A stretch of 64,000 bases of DNA from Minisyncoccota bacterium (GCA_963668425.1 OY764332.1:41241-105240), one strand, 5' to 3'; positions 10,221 through 21,232 are shown, counted from the stretch's first letter. The notes: generated by a model from the sequence alone, not told the origin. Numbers and translations are program-made.

Positions 10221-12416
10221 CTATTTGCAGATATCTAACCGATCAGGAATGAACTGGACGCGGTTATTGTGCGGGTGTATTATGTTGGCATTATAGACTG
10301 CACCCTGAAACTCAATATAACTATCAGGATTGGCTGCGCAGTTGGAATCACCTGCATGATCAATTTCTATAGTCATGGTCTTATAAGCCCCGGACACACT
10401 ACCAATAGCATTTGTTTGCAGAATAGGGTAAAACTTAGATGGATCGCTTCCAACGTAGGATTGACCAGCAGCTATCGCTCTAACACTATATTTAGAATTG
10501 GTTATTGATCCTATGGGTGCTCCTTTAGTACGAGTAAGATCGGTTACTTTGAACATCTCGCGCCCGGTCTCTAAAGTCACATACGCTTTTCCACCCCGTC
10601 GTTCAATTGAGGTATAGATGTAGTTCCAATCATCGTTGTTGATGATGAATATGTCGACGCTCTGGGTCACGCCGTCAATTTGATCCCTGCTGATCAATGC
10701 CCGCTTTCGGAGTATATTATCATCCTTTATCCCTCCGGAATAAGAAAGAAGGCCGTTCTTAATGCTATAACTGATATCTTCGTATGTGGCCGTGTGGCTT
10801 GTCCTGATGCCGTCAGCTATCTTGACAGTGCTGGGAATCTCACACTTACCTTCTACCCACTCGTCGGACTCATTAAAGACAATAGGCAGTTCGCAAAACG
10901 CTCTTATGAGAATTATATTAAACGGAGTAAACCTATGGACTCTTGTCCAACCTTCTGGTCTGTGCATTCGTATTGCATAGATTCCAACATCCCCATTTGG
11001 ATCAGTTATCATAGTTCCTGAGATGTCAAATATCTTCTCACCCAAGTCATAGACACAACCTCCTATAGAACATCTATCAAATACCCACATACTTTGATCG
11101 GGAGTGAATACACCATTGGAATATGTGCCGTTATACCAGGTAAATTCAGCTCCCCATGCTTCTAATTCAGAAATACCTTCAATTCTGAATGGCGCCTGTG
11201 GAGGAATCTGTTTAACGGATATATCTAGTGTATTCCAGGTCAACCCAAATGACCCCCTAAATTCTTCACCCTCCCTTACGGCAATATTATCGTTCGCAAT
11301 CGGCCCGCCCCCAAATCTTCCGACAATTTCATCGTCAGTGGTTTGGATAAACAGCTGACCTTGAAGGGCGGCAGGAAGATTTACCTCGTGCCTATTCCCG
11401 TCAGTGTATATTTCGTCATTATGATTCCCGAAGACAATCCTGATAGCGCCAGAAGGTTCATCGCCAACTGATGGACGTATGATGATTCTATTAGGATCAG
11501 TGTTACCGTAAGTGATATGAATACCACCGCCAGTGCCAAGTGAGTTACTCCATGCAGTTGATGGAGAATTGAAGAAACAAACTACCCTACCCGCACTCTC
11601 TGGTACGGTAATCGTGTAGACAGGAGTGCCACCAGAAGTCCGCGAAGCAGTCACCTGATTGCAGTTGCCACTAGTATTGCCGGGATTATCTATAACTGTA
11701 AATGGTGCCCCATTCTGTTGCTGTTGCTGTTGTTGTGCTTGCGGCGCTTGGTCAACTACAACGACTTCTGGTGTGGGGTCAGGAGTTGGGTCGGCTTGTG
11801 GCGCAGGATCAGGAGTAGGTTGCGGAATTGGGTCTGCTGTGGCTGCGGCTTTTGCCTTCATACACAGAATGGCGTCAACTACGGCATCCCATCTACCAGA
11901 AGAGTTATGGACTTTCTGGAGTCGCTTTGCCTCGTCAAGAGTAACCACAGTAGCGTCGCTTGCTTGTCCATTAAGGGTGTCGCGGACGCGTGTCCAGCGT
12001 TCAACATGCTCTGCACCGTTTTGGGTCTCGTCAATGTAGCTCTGTACGTTGGCTAGCAGTTCATCGGAGACACAAGAGCCGTTGGCGTTCAAACACAACA
12101 TGGAGCCCAGTACTGGGTCCCATCTCGCTGCCGAAAAGCGACTCCACATGTTGCGAGCTTCGCTTAGCGTGGTTGGTGTTTGGCCGTTGTCCTCGCCGAA
12201 TGCTGCCAGAACTTTCATCCACCTAGCGACATGAACAGGTCCGTGTTGTACCTCTCCCGCCCATGATTTTACATCAGATATCAAGCCATTTGCTACACAT
12301 TGCTGAGTAGGTTGCTGAGTAGAGGCCGAAGTAGGAATTAATAAAGCAAAGAAAGCAAGAGTAATGATAAGCACGGTTGTTACGCTTGCTAACCGCCATG
12401 TTTTTAAATTTTTCAT
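10221..12416 (-). CDS. Secreted hypothetical protein with two ~70-aa Cys-bracketed helical repeats, Pro/Thr and poly-Gln linker, and a beta-rich C-terminal region
   Basis: 731-aa ORF with signal peptide; repeats CVANGLISDV..HVARWMKV..RWDPV..LC and CVSDELLANV..HVERWTRV..RWDAV..LC. Confidence 0.8.
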   Translation of the reverse strand: MKNLKTWRLASVTTVLIITLAFFALLIPTSASTQQPTQQCVANGLISDVKSWAGEVQHGPVHVARWMKVLAAFGEDNGQTPTTLSEARNMWSRFSAARWDPVLGSMLCLNANGSCVSDELLANVQSYIDETQNGAEHVERWTRVRDTLNGQASDATVVTLDEAKRLQKVHNSSGRWDAVVDAILCMKAKAAATADPIPQPTPDPAPQADPTPDPTPEVVVVDQAPQAQQQQQQQNGAPFTVIDNPGNTSGNCNQVTASRTSGGTPVYTITVPESAGRVVCFFNSPSTAWSNSLGTGGGIHITYGNTDPNRIIIRPSVGDEPSGAIRIVFGNHNDEIYTDGNRHEVNLPAALQGQLFIQTTDDEIVGRFGGGPIANDNIAVREGEEFRGSFGLTWNTLDISVKQIPPQAPFRIEGISELEAWGAEFTWYNGTYSNGVFTPDQSMWVFDRCSIGGCVYDLGEKIFDISGTMITDPNGDVGIYAIRMHRPEGWTRVHRFTPFNIILIRAFCELPIVFNESDEWVEGKCEIPSTVKIADGIRTSHTATYEDISYSIKNGLLSYSGGIKDDNILRKRALISRDQIDGVTQSVDIFIINNDDWNYIYTSIERRGGKAYVTLETGREMFKVTDLTRTKGAPIGSITNSKYSVRAIAAGQSYVGSDPSKFYPILQTNAIGSVSGAYKTMTIEIDHAGDSNCAANPDSYIEFQGAVYNANIIHPHNNRVQFIPDRLDICK

Positions 12417-12744
12417 ACGTTAATTTTTTATGCTATATAATGTTTTATAATCCAATTTTATTATACTGCAGGTTCATTTTTTTTCGTTTACCCCCCCCCC
12501 CGACATTGTGGAAAACTTATTGAAAACTGTTCAGCATGCTATATACTCTTTGCTCTCTTTTTAGGGTATATTGCACTGAACAGTATGGGCGTAAGCAAAA
12601 TATCCTGTATATTGACAGCAATATGAATACCTTATATGATATAGTTACGATTTAGTAGTTATGACAATGATTTATTTTTATGTATGTCATATTTTACTTT
12701 TTTTTACACACGGACAAATTAGCAATTTTTCTATATAAGTAGGA

Positions 12745-13629
12745 CTAGTGTGGGCGGTAGACCACTATTCCTGGTTTGTTTTTGAGGTAGGTGAGGAAGT
12801 CGTCGTCAATGACCTGCTGTGCTTTTTCTCTGGAGGAAGCGTGGCGTAGGTATGTTCCCCTGCTGTTTTTGATAAAGATACCGGTGTGCGTCACATCAAG
12901 TCCGTCAATGTCTGTGTATATTCCAATGTAGTCACCGGTGCGAAGGTTCTTCATGCTCTCGTCGGTAATAGCAGTAGACGGTATGTAGTTGATTGTACGA
13001 GACAGTATCGGAATTCCTTCTAGAAAAACACTGCCGTCTTTTTTCTGATTTAATTGCTTTTTAACAGGTATCGCCACATTACCCCCGACCTCTTTTGTCA
13101 CATCAGATACTTGATCACTGTTATACTTCACCCAGTCAGAAAAGAAGTGGTTTCTGTATTGAAACTCTACAATTCCGGATTTATATCGGGTGTGCTGTAA
13201 TGCGTTCAGAAAGGTGTCATATGAATCTGACAGGCGGGCTGCTTCAACATAATCAATATACGTAAAGCAATCCAACCCGGCGAGATGGACGGTGAGCTTT
13301 TCACGTGTTTTTGCACTTCCTACGAGGGTGTTCCCTTCATACGGGGTGCCTAAAAATTTCTCTGAGATGTGAGTAATTTGTTCTCCGATATCAGATAGGT
13401 GTGTGGATCCCTGTATTACACCAGAGAGTGTTTTTTTGGTCCAATTGCCAAGGTTTGTCTGTATGGCGTTCCTTGCCATTAGTCGCTCTCTTGCATGCAC
13501 TCCTGCTGGTATTGGGTCACCATGTTCCTGTGGTTCTATCTTGGCAAGCATAGAGAGCATGCTATATGCTATCCAGCTGATACCAATCAACATGCCCACC
13601 ATTCCTAAAAGTATTACTTTTGCTTTCAT
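12745..13629 (-). CDS. DUF1460 (AmiA-like, NlpC/P60 superfamily) N-acetylmuramoyl-L-alanine amidase, membrane anchored
   Basis: FLGTPY, GLDCFTYIDYVEA, RNHFFSDW, GLDVTHTG and HASS motifs; likely start MKAKVILL at 13629. Confidence 0.88.
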   Translation of the reverse strand: MKAKVILLGMVGMLIGISWIAYSMLSMLAKIEPQEHGDPIPAGVHARERLMARNAIQTNLGNWTKKTLSGVIQGSTHLSDIGEQITHISEKFLGTPYEGNTLVGSAKTREKLTVHLAGLDCFTYIDYVEAARLSDSYDTFLNALQHTRYKSGIVEFQYRNHFFSDWVKYNSDQVSDVTKEVGGNVAIPVKKQLNQKKDGSVFLEGIPILSRTINYIPSTAITDESMKNLRTGDYIGIYTDIDGLDVTHTGIFIKNSRGTYLRHASSREKAQQVIDDDFLTYLKNKPGIVVYRPH

Positions 13630-13732
13630 ACTTATAGCGTACACTATGCCTGTCTTACACTGCATATATTCTGGTTTTAGATTGCTGTATACTGGTTTTG
13701 TTTGTTATTAAGATGCTATCGTACAGTTATAT

Positions 13733-14599
13733 ATGAAGAAGAATATTAGTATTTTTACTCACGCAAAAAAGATATTTTTTGTGACCTATGTTCGTATTGT
13801 TGCAATTTTGATTGTGAGTGTTGCAGCGACTTTTCTAGTGGGTATTGGATCGGTGTCTGAGTTATTCTACTATGTAACTGGTTTGAATTATTTTACACCT
13901 GACTTTTTCTCAGTTTTCTTGGACACGTCTTCAGGTGCTCCGTGGATGGTGCCACTTGGTATTAGTATTAGCATTCTTGCGATGTTTTTACTCTTACTTA
14001 TTACTTTCGTCACTTCTGCCACGACTGCTTTTGTGCTGGTTCGTAATACATCATTCCTGGAATCAATCAAGCTTGGGGTTACCAAGGGCTTGCGATCTAT
14101 TCCGGCGCAAGCGTTGTTTCTTGCTCTGCTGGTTGTGAGTAGTATACCGAGCTTTCTACTTATACTTCTTTCTTTGAGAATAGCAAATGATGCAAATGGC
14201 GCATTGGCGTTGTTCTGTATACTGTTAGGAGCGCTTCTTCTTCTTTTGCCGTTTTTTATTGGCTTGCGATCTGTATTTGTGGTATTTATTTGGCTGGAAA
14301 ATCAAAAAGCGAGGGCATGGTCTATTGTGAAAAAATCCTTTGTACTTACTCAAGGTACTGTTATTTGGATGATGGTGCTTGCTATTGTTTTGGCTGGAGC
14401 TGGAGCGATGATTATTCACCCGTTGCTTGTTTTACTGCTATCCACGCTGGCTGTGTTGCCGTCCGGAGACACGCTCTCGGCGATTGTTGATCAGATTATT
14501 TCTATCTTCCTTCTTACACCGATTATGTACGCATTATTCTACACGTTTTACGTGCAGGCAAAAAAACGAGCTGTCAGTATTAAGAAAAGGAGTGTATAG
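13733..14599 (+). CDS. Multi-pass membrane protein of unknown function
   Basis: 288 aa with about six hydrophobic segments; ends 2 bp before the peptidase start. Confidence 0.75.
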   Translation: MKKNISIFTHAKKIFFVTYVRIVAILIVSVAATFLVGIGSVSELFYYVTGLNYFTPDFFSVFLDTSSGAPWMVPLGISISILAMFLLLLITFVTSATTAFVLVRNTSFLESIKLGVTKGLRSIPAQALFLALLVVSSIPSFLLILLSLRIANDANGALALFCILLGALLLLLPFFIGLRSVFVVFIWLENQKARAWSIVKKSFVLTQGTVIWMMVLAIVLAGAGAMIIHPLLVLLLSTLAVLPSGDTLSAIVDQIISIFLLTPIMYALFYTFYVQAKKRAVSIKKRSV

Positions 14600-14601
14600 C
14601 T

Positions 14602-15876
14602 ATGACTGAAACACAGACATTAGAGAACGGTATTACCGTATTGTTGAGTCCGGATGATCGGGCGGAGACGGTTTGCGTGCTGGTTGGTGTGGCAATTGGC
14701 GCGAATCATGAGGCAGGAAATGAATATGGCTTGGCGCATTTTTTTGAGCATATGTGCTTTAAGGGGACAAAGACCTATCCTACCAATGCAGAGCTTGTAA
14801 CACGCATGGATGAATCTGGGATTGTGGCGAATGCGTATACTGGCAGAGAGTACACTGCCTATTATATGTCTGGGCGGGCGGAACGGCTTCAGGATATACT
14901 GTGCTTAACTGCTGATATTTTCTTGCACTCTTTGTTTCCTGCAAATGAGTTGGCTAAAGAAAAAAAAGTAATCACTGAAGAGATAGTGATGTATCGGGAT
15001 GATCCGCTATCACGAGCATTTGATGAGGTGAGTCAATTGCTATTTCATGGTACTGTAGCTGAACACCCTGTCTTGGGGACGGCAGAATCAGTTTCTTCAT
15101 TTTCCCGGGACGATTTTGTTCGCTTTTTACAAAAGCATTACACGACAGCAAACACTATTATCTCTATAGCTGGAAAATTTGATCGTGATGCCGTGTTGCA
15201 GGAGTTAGAAAAACTATATGATAGTGCGATAGTGGGTCAGCAGACCGCGCAGGTTGTTATACCGCCTGTTTTGCCAAAAGAAAACCACCGCTCTGTGGTG
15301 CGGAGTGACTTAGAACAAACTCACATTGTTATAGGTGGCTATGCGCCGTCGTACAACAGCGTGGATCGGTATACGGCTGAGGTGTTTGATGTGCTATTCG
15401 GTGGATCTATGAGCTCTAGGTTGTTTTTCCGGGTACGGGAAAAGTTGGGGGCGTGTTACACCATCAAGACCTACGTAGATTTTATGACCCATGCTGGAGA
15501 ATTTTCTATCTACACTGGTATTGCCGGCAGGAGGATGCCAGAGGTGCTGGAAGCAATTGCTGATGAATGTGCACTTATCAAAAAAACACCGGTGCCTGAC
15601 GCGGAGCTGCAAAAAGCAAAGGAGTTCCTTCTCGGGCTGTATGCGGTACAGCAGGAAAGTAAAAATAGTATTGCGACTGAGCAAATGCATGCCTGTGCGC
15701 AAGGTGGCAAGACGGAAGATGGTGAGGAGTATAAGCGGGATATTTTGTCTGTTACATCTGAGGATGTTCAGCGTGTCGCCACTACTATTTTAGATAGCAA
15801 AAAAATGAGCACTTGTTATGTGTCCAATAGTGCAATTGAAAAGTCCATTACTGAGAATTTCTATAGTGGATTTTGA
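14602..15876 (+). CDS. M16 family (insulinase/pitrilysin-like) zinc peptidase
   Basis: GLAHFFEHMCFKGT (HxxEH), NAYTGREYTAYY, GGSMSSRLF..VREKLG. Confidence 0.93.
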   Translation: MTETQTLENGITVLLSPDDRAETVCVLVGVAIGANHEAGNEYGLAHFFEHMCFKGTKTYPTNAELVTRMDESGIVANAYTGREYTAYYMSGRAERLQDILCLTADIFLHSLFPANELAKEKKVITEEIVMYRDDPLSRAFDEVSQLLFHGTVAEHPVLGTAESVSSFSRDDFVRFLQKHYTTANTIISIAGKFDRDAVLQELEKLYDSAIVGQQTAQVVIPPVLPKENHRSVVRSDLEQTHIVIGGYAPSYNSVDRYTAEVFDVLFGGSMSSRLFFRVREKLGACYTIKTYVDFMTHAGEFSIYTGIAGRRMPEVLEAIADECALIKKTPVPDAELQKAKEFLLGLYAVQQESKNSIATEQMHACAQGGKTEDGEEYKRDILSVTSEDVQRVATTILDSKKMSTCYVSNSAIEKSITENFYSGF

Positions 15877-15908
15877 TTGCTGTTGTTGCCCCTTGATCCC
15901 CCTCAATG

Positions 15909-16505
15909 CTACTGATTTTTGTGCACATCTTTCATCGCCATCATCCGTACCTTATCAATCCATTTTTGACGTATCTCATCTGATGACCCGCTGGTCGGAC
16001 CGAAACTGGTAACGGCAACTGGTTTCACGCCACAGGTGCGCAAAATTCCTTTTGATAGTTCATTTGTGTATGAGCCAATACTACACCAAAGCAAAAATGG
16101 ATGTGCTGAGCCGACGATATTGATAATCCGACCGCTCTTTCCTTTGAGCAGTGGCTTGAATGTGTTGTCTTCAAAGGAAAAAGCAAATTTCGGTAAAAAT
16201 GTCCGATCAAATAACCCTTTCATTTTTGCCGGCATAGTATTCCACCAGTTTGGATACACGAACACCAAATGATCTGCAAGACGAATTGCCTTTTGAAATT
16301 TAAGTAAATCTGGCTCTAACTCTTGAATTTCCTCATACCCCTTGTGTAGCACTGGGTCAAAATCCATCTCCTCAATGTTAAACCGCATTACTTTAGCACC
16401 TGCCTGCTCTGCTGCACTATGGTACGCATTGCTGCATGCGTATGAGAATGATGACGGCACTGGGTTTGCATTCAAAAGGAGAATTTTTTGTTTTTCCTCA
16501 TTCAT
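15909..16505 (-). CDS. Flavodoxin-fold NAD(P)H:quinone oxidoreductase
   Basis: ADHLVFVYPNWWNTMPAKMKGLFDR motif of the Flavodoxin_2 family. Confidence 0.88.
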   Translation of the reverse strand: MNEEKQKILLLNANPVPSSFSYACSNAYHSAAEQAGAKVMRFNIEEMDFDPVLHKGYEEIQELEPDLLKFQKAIRLADHLVFVYPNWWNTMPAKMKGLFDRTFLPKFAFSFEDNTFKPLLKGKSGRIINIVGSAHPFLLWCSIGSYTNELSKGILRTCGVKPVAVTSFGPTSGSSDEIRQKWIDKVRMMAMKDVHKNQ

Positions 16506-16507
16506 GG

Positions 16508-17071
16508 TTATGCGGTGTCAGTGTTTTTATTATTACTCTTTTCATCCTCTTTATTGCTGATAGGGTGTATAAAGTATCGTAGTGCGAAAAATAGCAACTG
16601 GAAAATCCCTAACAATATGAGATACAGCACCATCGCGTCAATAATACCACTTGCCTGCACCCCTACTGCGCTGTAGTAGGAATGGTATGTTGCTAAAAAG
16701 TACCATCCTGCACCGATTGCCGGAGCGAAATGGTCAACAGGAAATATCTTGTGCCATCGTGCCATACCGAACGCTATGATTGCGTTTGCCATCAATACAA
16801 ATGCTTTAACGCCATACTCATACCACACCTCAGGAATGCCATCCATAATGCCAAATATAATAATGTACAGTGCCACTAAAATCGCGAGGAAAATATGAAA
16901 CAGGCGGAGGAGTGTATAGATGCTCTGAATCAGTACATTCCCTATCCCCTCCCGCGGGTACCCAAATCGCAAGCTGATACCGTATGAGATTACTGCGAGT
17001 GTAGATGCACCCAACAGTACTCCCATGATATAGTTTTCAGTCAATGAAAGAAGTGTAATTGGAATTTCCAT
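16508..17071 (-). CDS. Membrane protein of unknown function
   Basis: 187 aa, about five hydrophobic helices, tightly packed with both neighbours. Confidence 0.7.
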   Translation of the reverse strand: MEIPITLLSLTENYIMGVLLGASTLAVISYGISLRFGYPREGIGNVLIQSIYTLLRLFHIFLAILVALYIIIFGIMDGIPEVWYEYGVKAFVLMANAIIAFGMARWHKIFPVDHFAPAIGAGWYFLATYHSYYSAVGVQASGIIDAMVLYLILLGIFQLLFFALRYFIHPISNKEDEKSNNKNTDTA

Positions 17072-17074
17072 ACA

Positions 17075-17320
17075 TTATGTAGTATGCCGTATTTTTTTTA
17101 TCAATCCCTGCATTTCTGATTGATACTTCTGCATTACTGAAGCGGTGGCAAGCATTTCGTCCTGTCCGTTTTTTTTCTTCTCCTGCACTTCTTTTGCGAT
17201 TTTCTCAAACAGATCAGGATTTTCTTCAAACATCCGCATGAACAATTTTCGTTGCTCTTCTGGCATATTCTTTAGCTGCCTCTCCATCATTTTTTTTGTC
17301 AGAAACCCTTTTATCCCCAT
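17075..17320 (-). CDS. Small helical hypothetical protein
   Basis: 81 aa, ENPDLFEKIAKEVQEKKKNG; TATACT just upstream of the ATG. Confidence 0.75.
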   Translation of the reverse strand: MGIKGFLTKKMMERQLKNMPEEQRKLFMRMFEENPDLFEKIAKEVQEKKKNGQDEMLATASVMQKYQSEMQGLIKKIRHTT

Positions 17321-17393
17321 ACTCTTTTAGTATACTGTATAAACTTGTTGTGCTATGGTGTTGCCTATACTATGCTGTATAGTATAGGCATAG

Positions 17394-17468
17394 GGGCCCG
17401 TAGCTCAGTTGGCTTAGAGCACCGGTTTTGCACTCCGGAGGTCGCAGGTTCAAGTCCTGTCGGGTCCA
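17394..17468 (+). tRNA. tRNA-Ala(TGC)
   Basis: Acceptor GGGCCCG/CGGGTCC with G3:U70, anticodon loop TT-TGC-AC, GGTTCAAGTCC T-arm. Confidence 0.93.
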
Positions 17469-17673
17469 CTAGATAGCATACGTGATGTATGTTCGCTATC
17501 GTTCATGCTATTGTTTTTTGATTTTTTTTGTACTATGACTTAGCCCCCTCTCCATGCTTGTTGTTGTGTTGCGGGACAGGTATACAGTATAAATAAAAAG
17601 TGGAAGGGGGTTATCCCTTCCACGATGTGTGTGCGAAGTGGTTTTGATATCTGGAGTAGATTGTCTCCCCTGC

Positions 17674-19104
17674 TTACTTAGTGATGCCAACTCCTTTGAA
17701 GAGGATGCGGCGCGCGCGATCCGTCAGAGGAGGAATGAAGTTGTGGGAGAATTTTCCAAAAAACCCTTGTTGCACTATTGCTTTTTGGTTTGAAAATGCT
17801 CTAAATCCAACCTTCCCTCCTTTATACCGACCCATCCCGCTGTACCCTACACCACCAAATCCCATAGTGTGAGATCCTGCGTGTAGTAAAAAATCGTTTA
17901 CTGTTACCCCGCCGGAAGAAGTGCGTGCAATTACTGCATTAATGTGATCTGTGCTCTTTCCAAAAATGTACAGTGCGAGCGGTTTTTCACCTTGATTAAT
18001 GTGGTTAATTGCGTCCTCAACGCTCTGATATGGGATGATAGGTAATAGCGGACCAAAAACTTCTTCCTGACACACTTTTGTGCTTTGCGGTGGATCTATC
18101 ACCAATGTCGGAGGAATTTTTCTGGTTTTTGCATCTGGCAACGCCTCATCGCGTGGAACAACAGAGATAACCTTTGCATTAAGGGTCTTGAGTTCTTGCA
18201 GATAGCTCTGTATTCGATCATACGCTCCGTCGCCTACCAAAGTGGTATATTGAGGGTTTGTCTGCAATGATGGATATGACACTTCAATTGCATCCTTCAC
18301 CAGATCAACAAAATGTGTGAGGTGTGCTTCCGGCACAAGCACATAATCACCTCTGATGCATACCTGTCCTCCGTTTAGAAGCATTACCTTTGCTACTTTT
18401 TTTGCCAGAAGAGCAAGATCGGCATCAGGGAGTACCACCACTGGTGACTTACCTCCTAATTCAAGCAGTACTGGAGTGAGGTTTGAAGCCGCTGCTGCCA
18501 TGATGTGTTTCGCTACTTCTGAGCCGCCGGTAAAGACAAGTTTGTCCCATGCCAAGGTTGAAAAATGTTTTGCTGTTTCTATGTCACCTGTGCAGATTGC
18601 GATAACGTCTTCACTGAAATATTGTTTCGCTAGAGTGCTCATCAACGTGCCTGTCTTTGGCATTGATTCAGGAAATCGCAACACCGTTGTGTTACCTGCT
18701 GCAATCGCATCAATCGCAGGGTCAAATGCTAAGCTTATCGGCGCGTTAAAAGGGGCAAGTATCCCCACAACACCGAGTGGCTCATTTCTAATGTAGGATT
18801 TTTGTCCCAATAGTCCTAGCCAGCCATCTGATTGTCGCTCGTCAGGAAGCCATGCTTTGAGATGCTTTCGTACATGTCGTACGTGATCAAGCACTGGATA
18901 GATATCCCCTAAAAAAGCCATGTCGTAATCTCTGGTGCCAAAATCTTCTTGAAGCGCCTTTATGATGTCTTCATACTGATCACGTATACACTGATCAATT
19001 TGATTGAGTGTGTGCATTCGTTGAGCATAGGAACGTCCATGACACTCTTTGTATGTAACGCTTTGCAAAGCAAATACACGGTCAAGTTCTTTGATATGAT
19101 TCAT
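17674..19104 (-). CDS. Aldehyde dehydrogenase (coniferyl-aldehyde/ALDH3-like)
   Basis: EPLGVVGILAPFN, FTGG, LELGGKSP, GQVC, EEVFGP, FGGVGYSGMG. Confidence 0.93.
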   Translation of the reverse strand: MNHIKELDRVFALQSVTYKECHGRSYAQRMHTLNQIDQCIRDQYEDIIKALQEDFGTRDYDMAFLGDIYPVLDHVRHVRKHLKAWLPDERQSDGWLGLLGQKSYIRNEPLGVVGILAPFNAPISLAFDPAIDAIAAGNTTVLRFPESMPKTGTLMSTLAKQYFSEDVIAICTGDIETAKHFSTLAWDKLVFTGGSEVAKHIMAAAASNLTPVLLELGGKSPVVVLPDADLALLAKKVAKVMLLNGGQVCIRGDYVLVPEAHLTHFVDLVKDAIEVSYPSLQTNPQYTTLVGDGAYDRIQSYLQELKTLNAKVISVVPRDEALPDAKTRKIPPTLVIDPPQSTKVCQEEVFGPLLPIIPYQSVEDAINHINQGEKPLALYIFGKSTDHINAVIARTSSGGVTVNDFLLHAGSHTMGFGGVGYSGMGRYKGGKVGFRAFSNQKAIVQQGFFGKFSHNFIPPLTDRARRILFKGVGITK

Positions 19105-19413
19105 GCTGTATATACCTCATTATATACTTAGAAGAATGTTGTTTAACCCTTTGTTTCCATGCACTTTCGGTTCTGACTGATATGACTTAGATCAAGAGTG
19201 AATACTATTTCTTAGACCTCCTTTGCTTTGATCTATTCTTTTTTTAGCATACCATCTTTTCTCCTTTTTGAGAATGCACAGAAACAAACTATTTTTTTAA
19301 GAAATATCATATGTTCATATTATATACAGCAACCTCTCCAAGATGTATGGTAATGTGTTGAAAGTTAAAGTGTAATAGAAGTACCCCCCGCAAAAATGGG
19401 GGGGGGTAAGGGA

Positions 19414-19839
19414 TTAACCAACAATTAGTTCATCGAGATATCCCTCAGGCGCATCCTCTCTCAGACCTTCTGTATCCATATCAAGTTCTGCCAAAAGAAC
19501 TCCAGGGAGGTTTTCAAGACCACTGAGTAACGGAGATGGATCAACATCTGACCCAAGGTATATCCTCTCTACGGAATATCCATTGTTCCAGTAATATGTC
19601 TTTATCACCCGTGAGCTATATCCTTCCTGAAGAAGAAATTCATTTACAACATCTACAGGAGTACAGTCATCGCTAGGAATAATTGAGTCGTACGTAATCC
19701 ACACAATGCCTGAATTGTTTTCGTCCAGATTATTTTCGTCCAGATTATTTTCAGATAGTTCAGAGCAACCACCCATAAACACACAGAACGTGGCAAGGAA
19801 AAACAAGATGCACAGACGATTCAAAATAAACACCTCCAT
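19414..19839 (-). CDS. Acidic putative lipoprotein
   Basis: Hydrophobic leader ending MGGC; short ENNLD tandem repeat (15-bp unit near 19716-19753). Confidence 0.7.
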   Translation of the reverse strand: MEVFILNRLCILFFLATFCVFMGGCSELSENNLDENNLDENNSGIVWITYDSIIPSDDCTPVDVVNEFLLQEGYSSRVIKTYYWNNGYSVERIYLGSDVDPSPLLSGLENLPGVLLAELDMDTEGLREDAPEGYLDELIVG

Positions 19840-19923
19840 CTATACAGTATTAAAAAGAATCTTTCTTTACTAATTGTACCACATATTCTGTATTTGGCAA
19901 TAACTTCTGGACTGCACACTACA

Positions 19924-21232
19924 TGCTATTTTCCATACTACCCTGCCCTCTGGACAGCACGTCTATTTGTATGATGTCGCTGTGTGTTATTTTTTAATCT
20001 ACTAGTAGGCACTATGTGCATAGAGCATGGTGCCGTGTTACACTTTAGGTACTACAAAGGAGTTTTTTTCTATGGCATTACGTACCACAAAACAATATGT
20101 TCTTTCTGTTGCACTACTTGTGCTTGTTGTTGGTGTGTTTCTTTTTTTCTCCCCTGCACAGGTTGTAAGAGATCCTTCTGTGTCTGAAGAGAGTTTGGTG
20201 CAATCATCTTTACCGAGTCGTGCACCTGAGGGATATGCAGTGCCTGCACGAGAGGTAGTCACTCTTCCCTTTACCCATGTCAGTGCTGATCGTCTTCGTC
20301 TTGGAGATGTTCGGGAGGTGGCTGAAGGAAGGTGGGTAACGGTCATAAATCCATCTGTTGATAATTACTACAATGTATCGCCTGATGGGCAATGGTCGTT
20401 ATTCACAGGATTAAATCTTTACATCACCAGAACCGATGGATCTGGTGAAGTGCGCGAACTCTTTGCAAGAGAAGCAAATGATTCTAGCAAAGGGTATATT
20501 TTTAGATCTGCTTTCATTCCAACCGCTTGGTCTTGGGATAGCAATCGTGTCTTTTACAAGATGATACGCAGATATTTGGTTGGTCAAAATTTTTTGAATG
20601 CTGAATACGAACAATGGATTGAGAGTGTTAACATTGAGACAGGTGAAGTTACTCGCCATCCTGACATTGGTTTTAGTGATAATCTTCATAGTCACGCTAC
20701 TGCTCGCTATCCTACTGACCCAATTCTGTTTGATGACAGACCTGATTACCGACTGCATGGTATCAAAACTCATGATGGCTCTGTCAGATGGGTAATTCCT
20801 GGTTTCAGCCCATTTTCTCTTTCACCGAATAAGCGATTGGTTCTAGGGCTTGAAGAAGGTGGCAAAATAATCGGTGAAACAGGATATATCATGCATTACC
20901 TTATTTATGCCGTTGATGGAACTGGTCCGCTATACAGTTTTTACGCTGCAGATACCCCCAAATGGTCCCCTGATAGCAGTAAGTTCGCCTATTACCATGT
21001 AACAGAACGTGAAGCTGATACTGGCATCCTTCTTGCCTCAGATATCTATCTTATGAACATAGACGGCACTGGTATAACTCAACTCACTGATACGCCTGAT
21101 ATTCCTGAGCGTCTCCATGGTTGGACCCCGGATGGTCGTCTTGTTTTTAGTATCGAAGAAGATTTGTATATCGCTGACCTTGTTACAGAATAATTGAAAG
21201 GAGAAAACTGATGAAACGAGTTTTTTGTTGTG
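19924..21232 (+). repeat. ~1.3-kb direct repeat, copy 1
   Basis: Upstream region, TolB-like gene, RBS and first 22 nt of the amidase gene (atgaaacgagttttttgttgtg) match 24691-26002. Confidence 0.93.
20072..21193 (+). CDS. TolB/PD40-like beta-propeller protein, N-terminally anchored (paralogue 1)
   Basis: VSPDG, WSWDS, LSPNK, PKWSPDSSKFAY, DIYLMNIDGTGITQLT, WTPDGRLVF repeats; AAGGAG before ATG 20072. Confidence 0.85.
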   Translation: MALRTTKQYVLSVALLVLVVGVFLFFSPAQVVRDPSVSEESLVQSSLPSRAPEGYAVPAREVVTLPFTHVSADRLRLGDVREVAEGRWVTVINPSVDNYYNVSPDGQWSLFTGLNLYITRTDGSGEVRELFAREANDSSKGYIFRSAFIPTAWSWDSNRVFYKMIRRYLVGQNFLNAEYEQWIESVNIETGEVTRHPDIGFSDNLHSHATARYPTDPILFDDRPDYRLHGIKTHDGSVRWVIPGFSPFSLSPNKRLVLGLEEGGKIIGETGYIMHYLIYAVDGTGPLYSFYAADTPKWSPDSSKFAYYHVTEREADTGILLASDIYLMNIDGTGITQLTDTPDIPERLHGWTPDGRLVFSIEEDLYIADLVTE

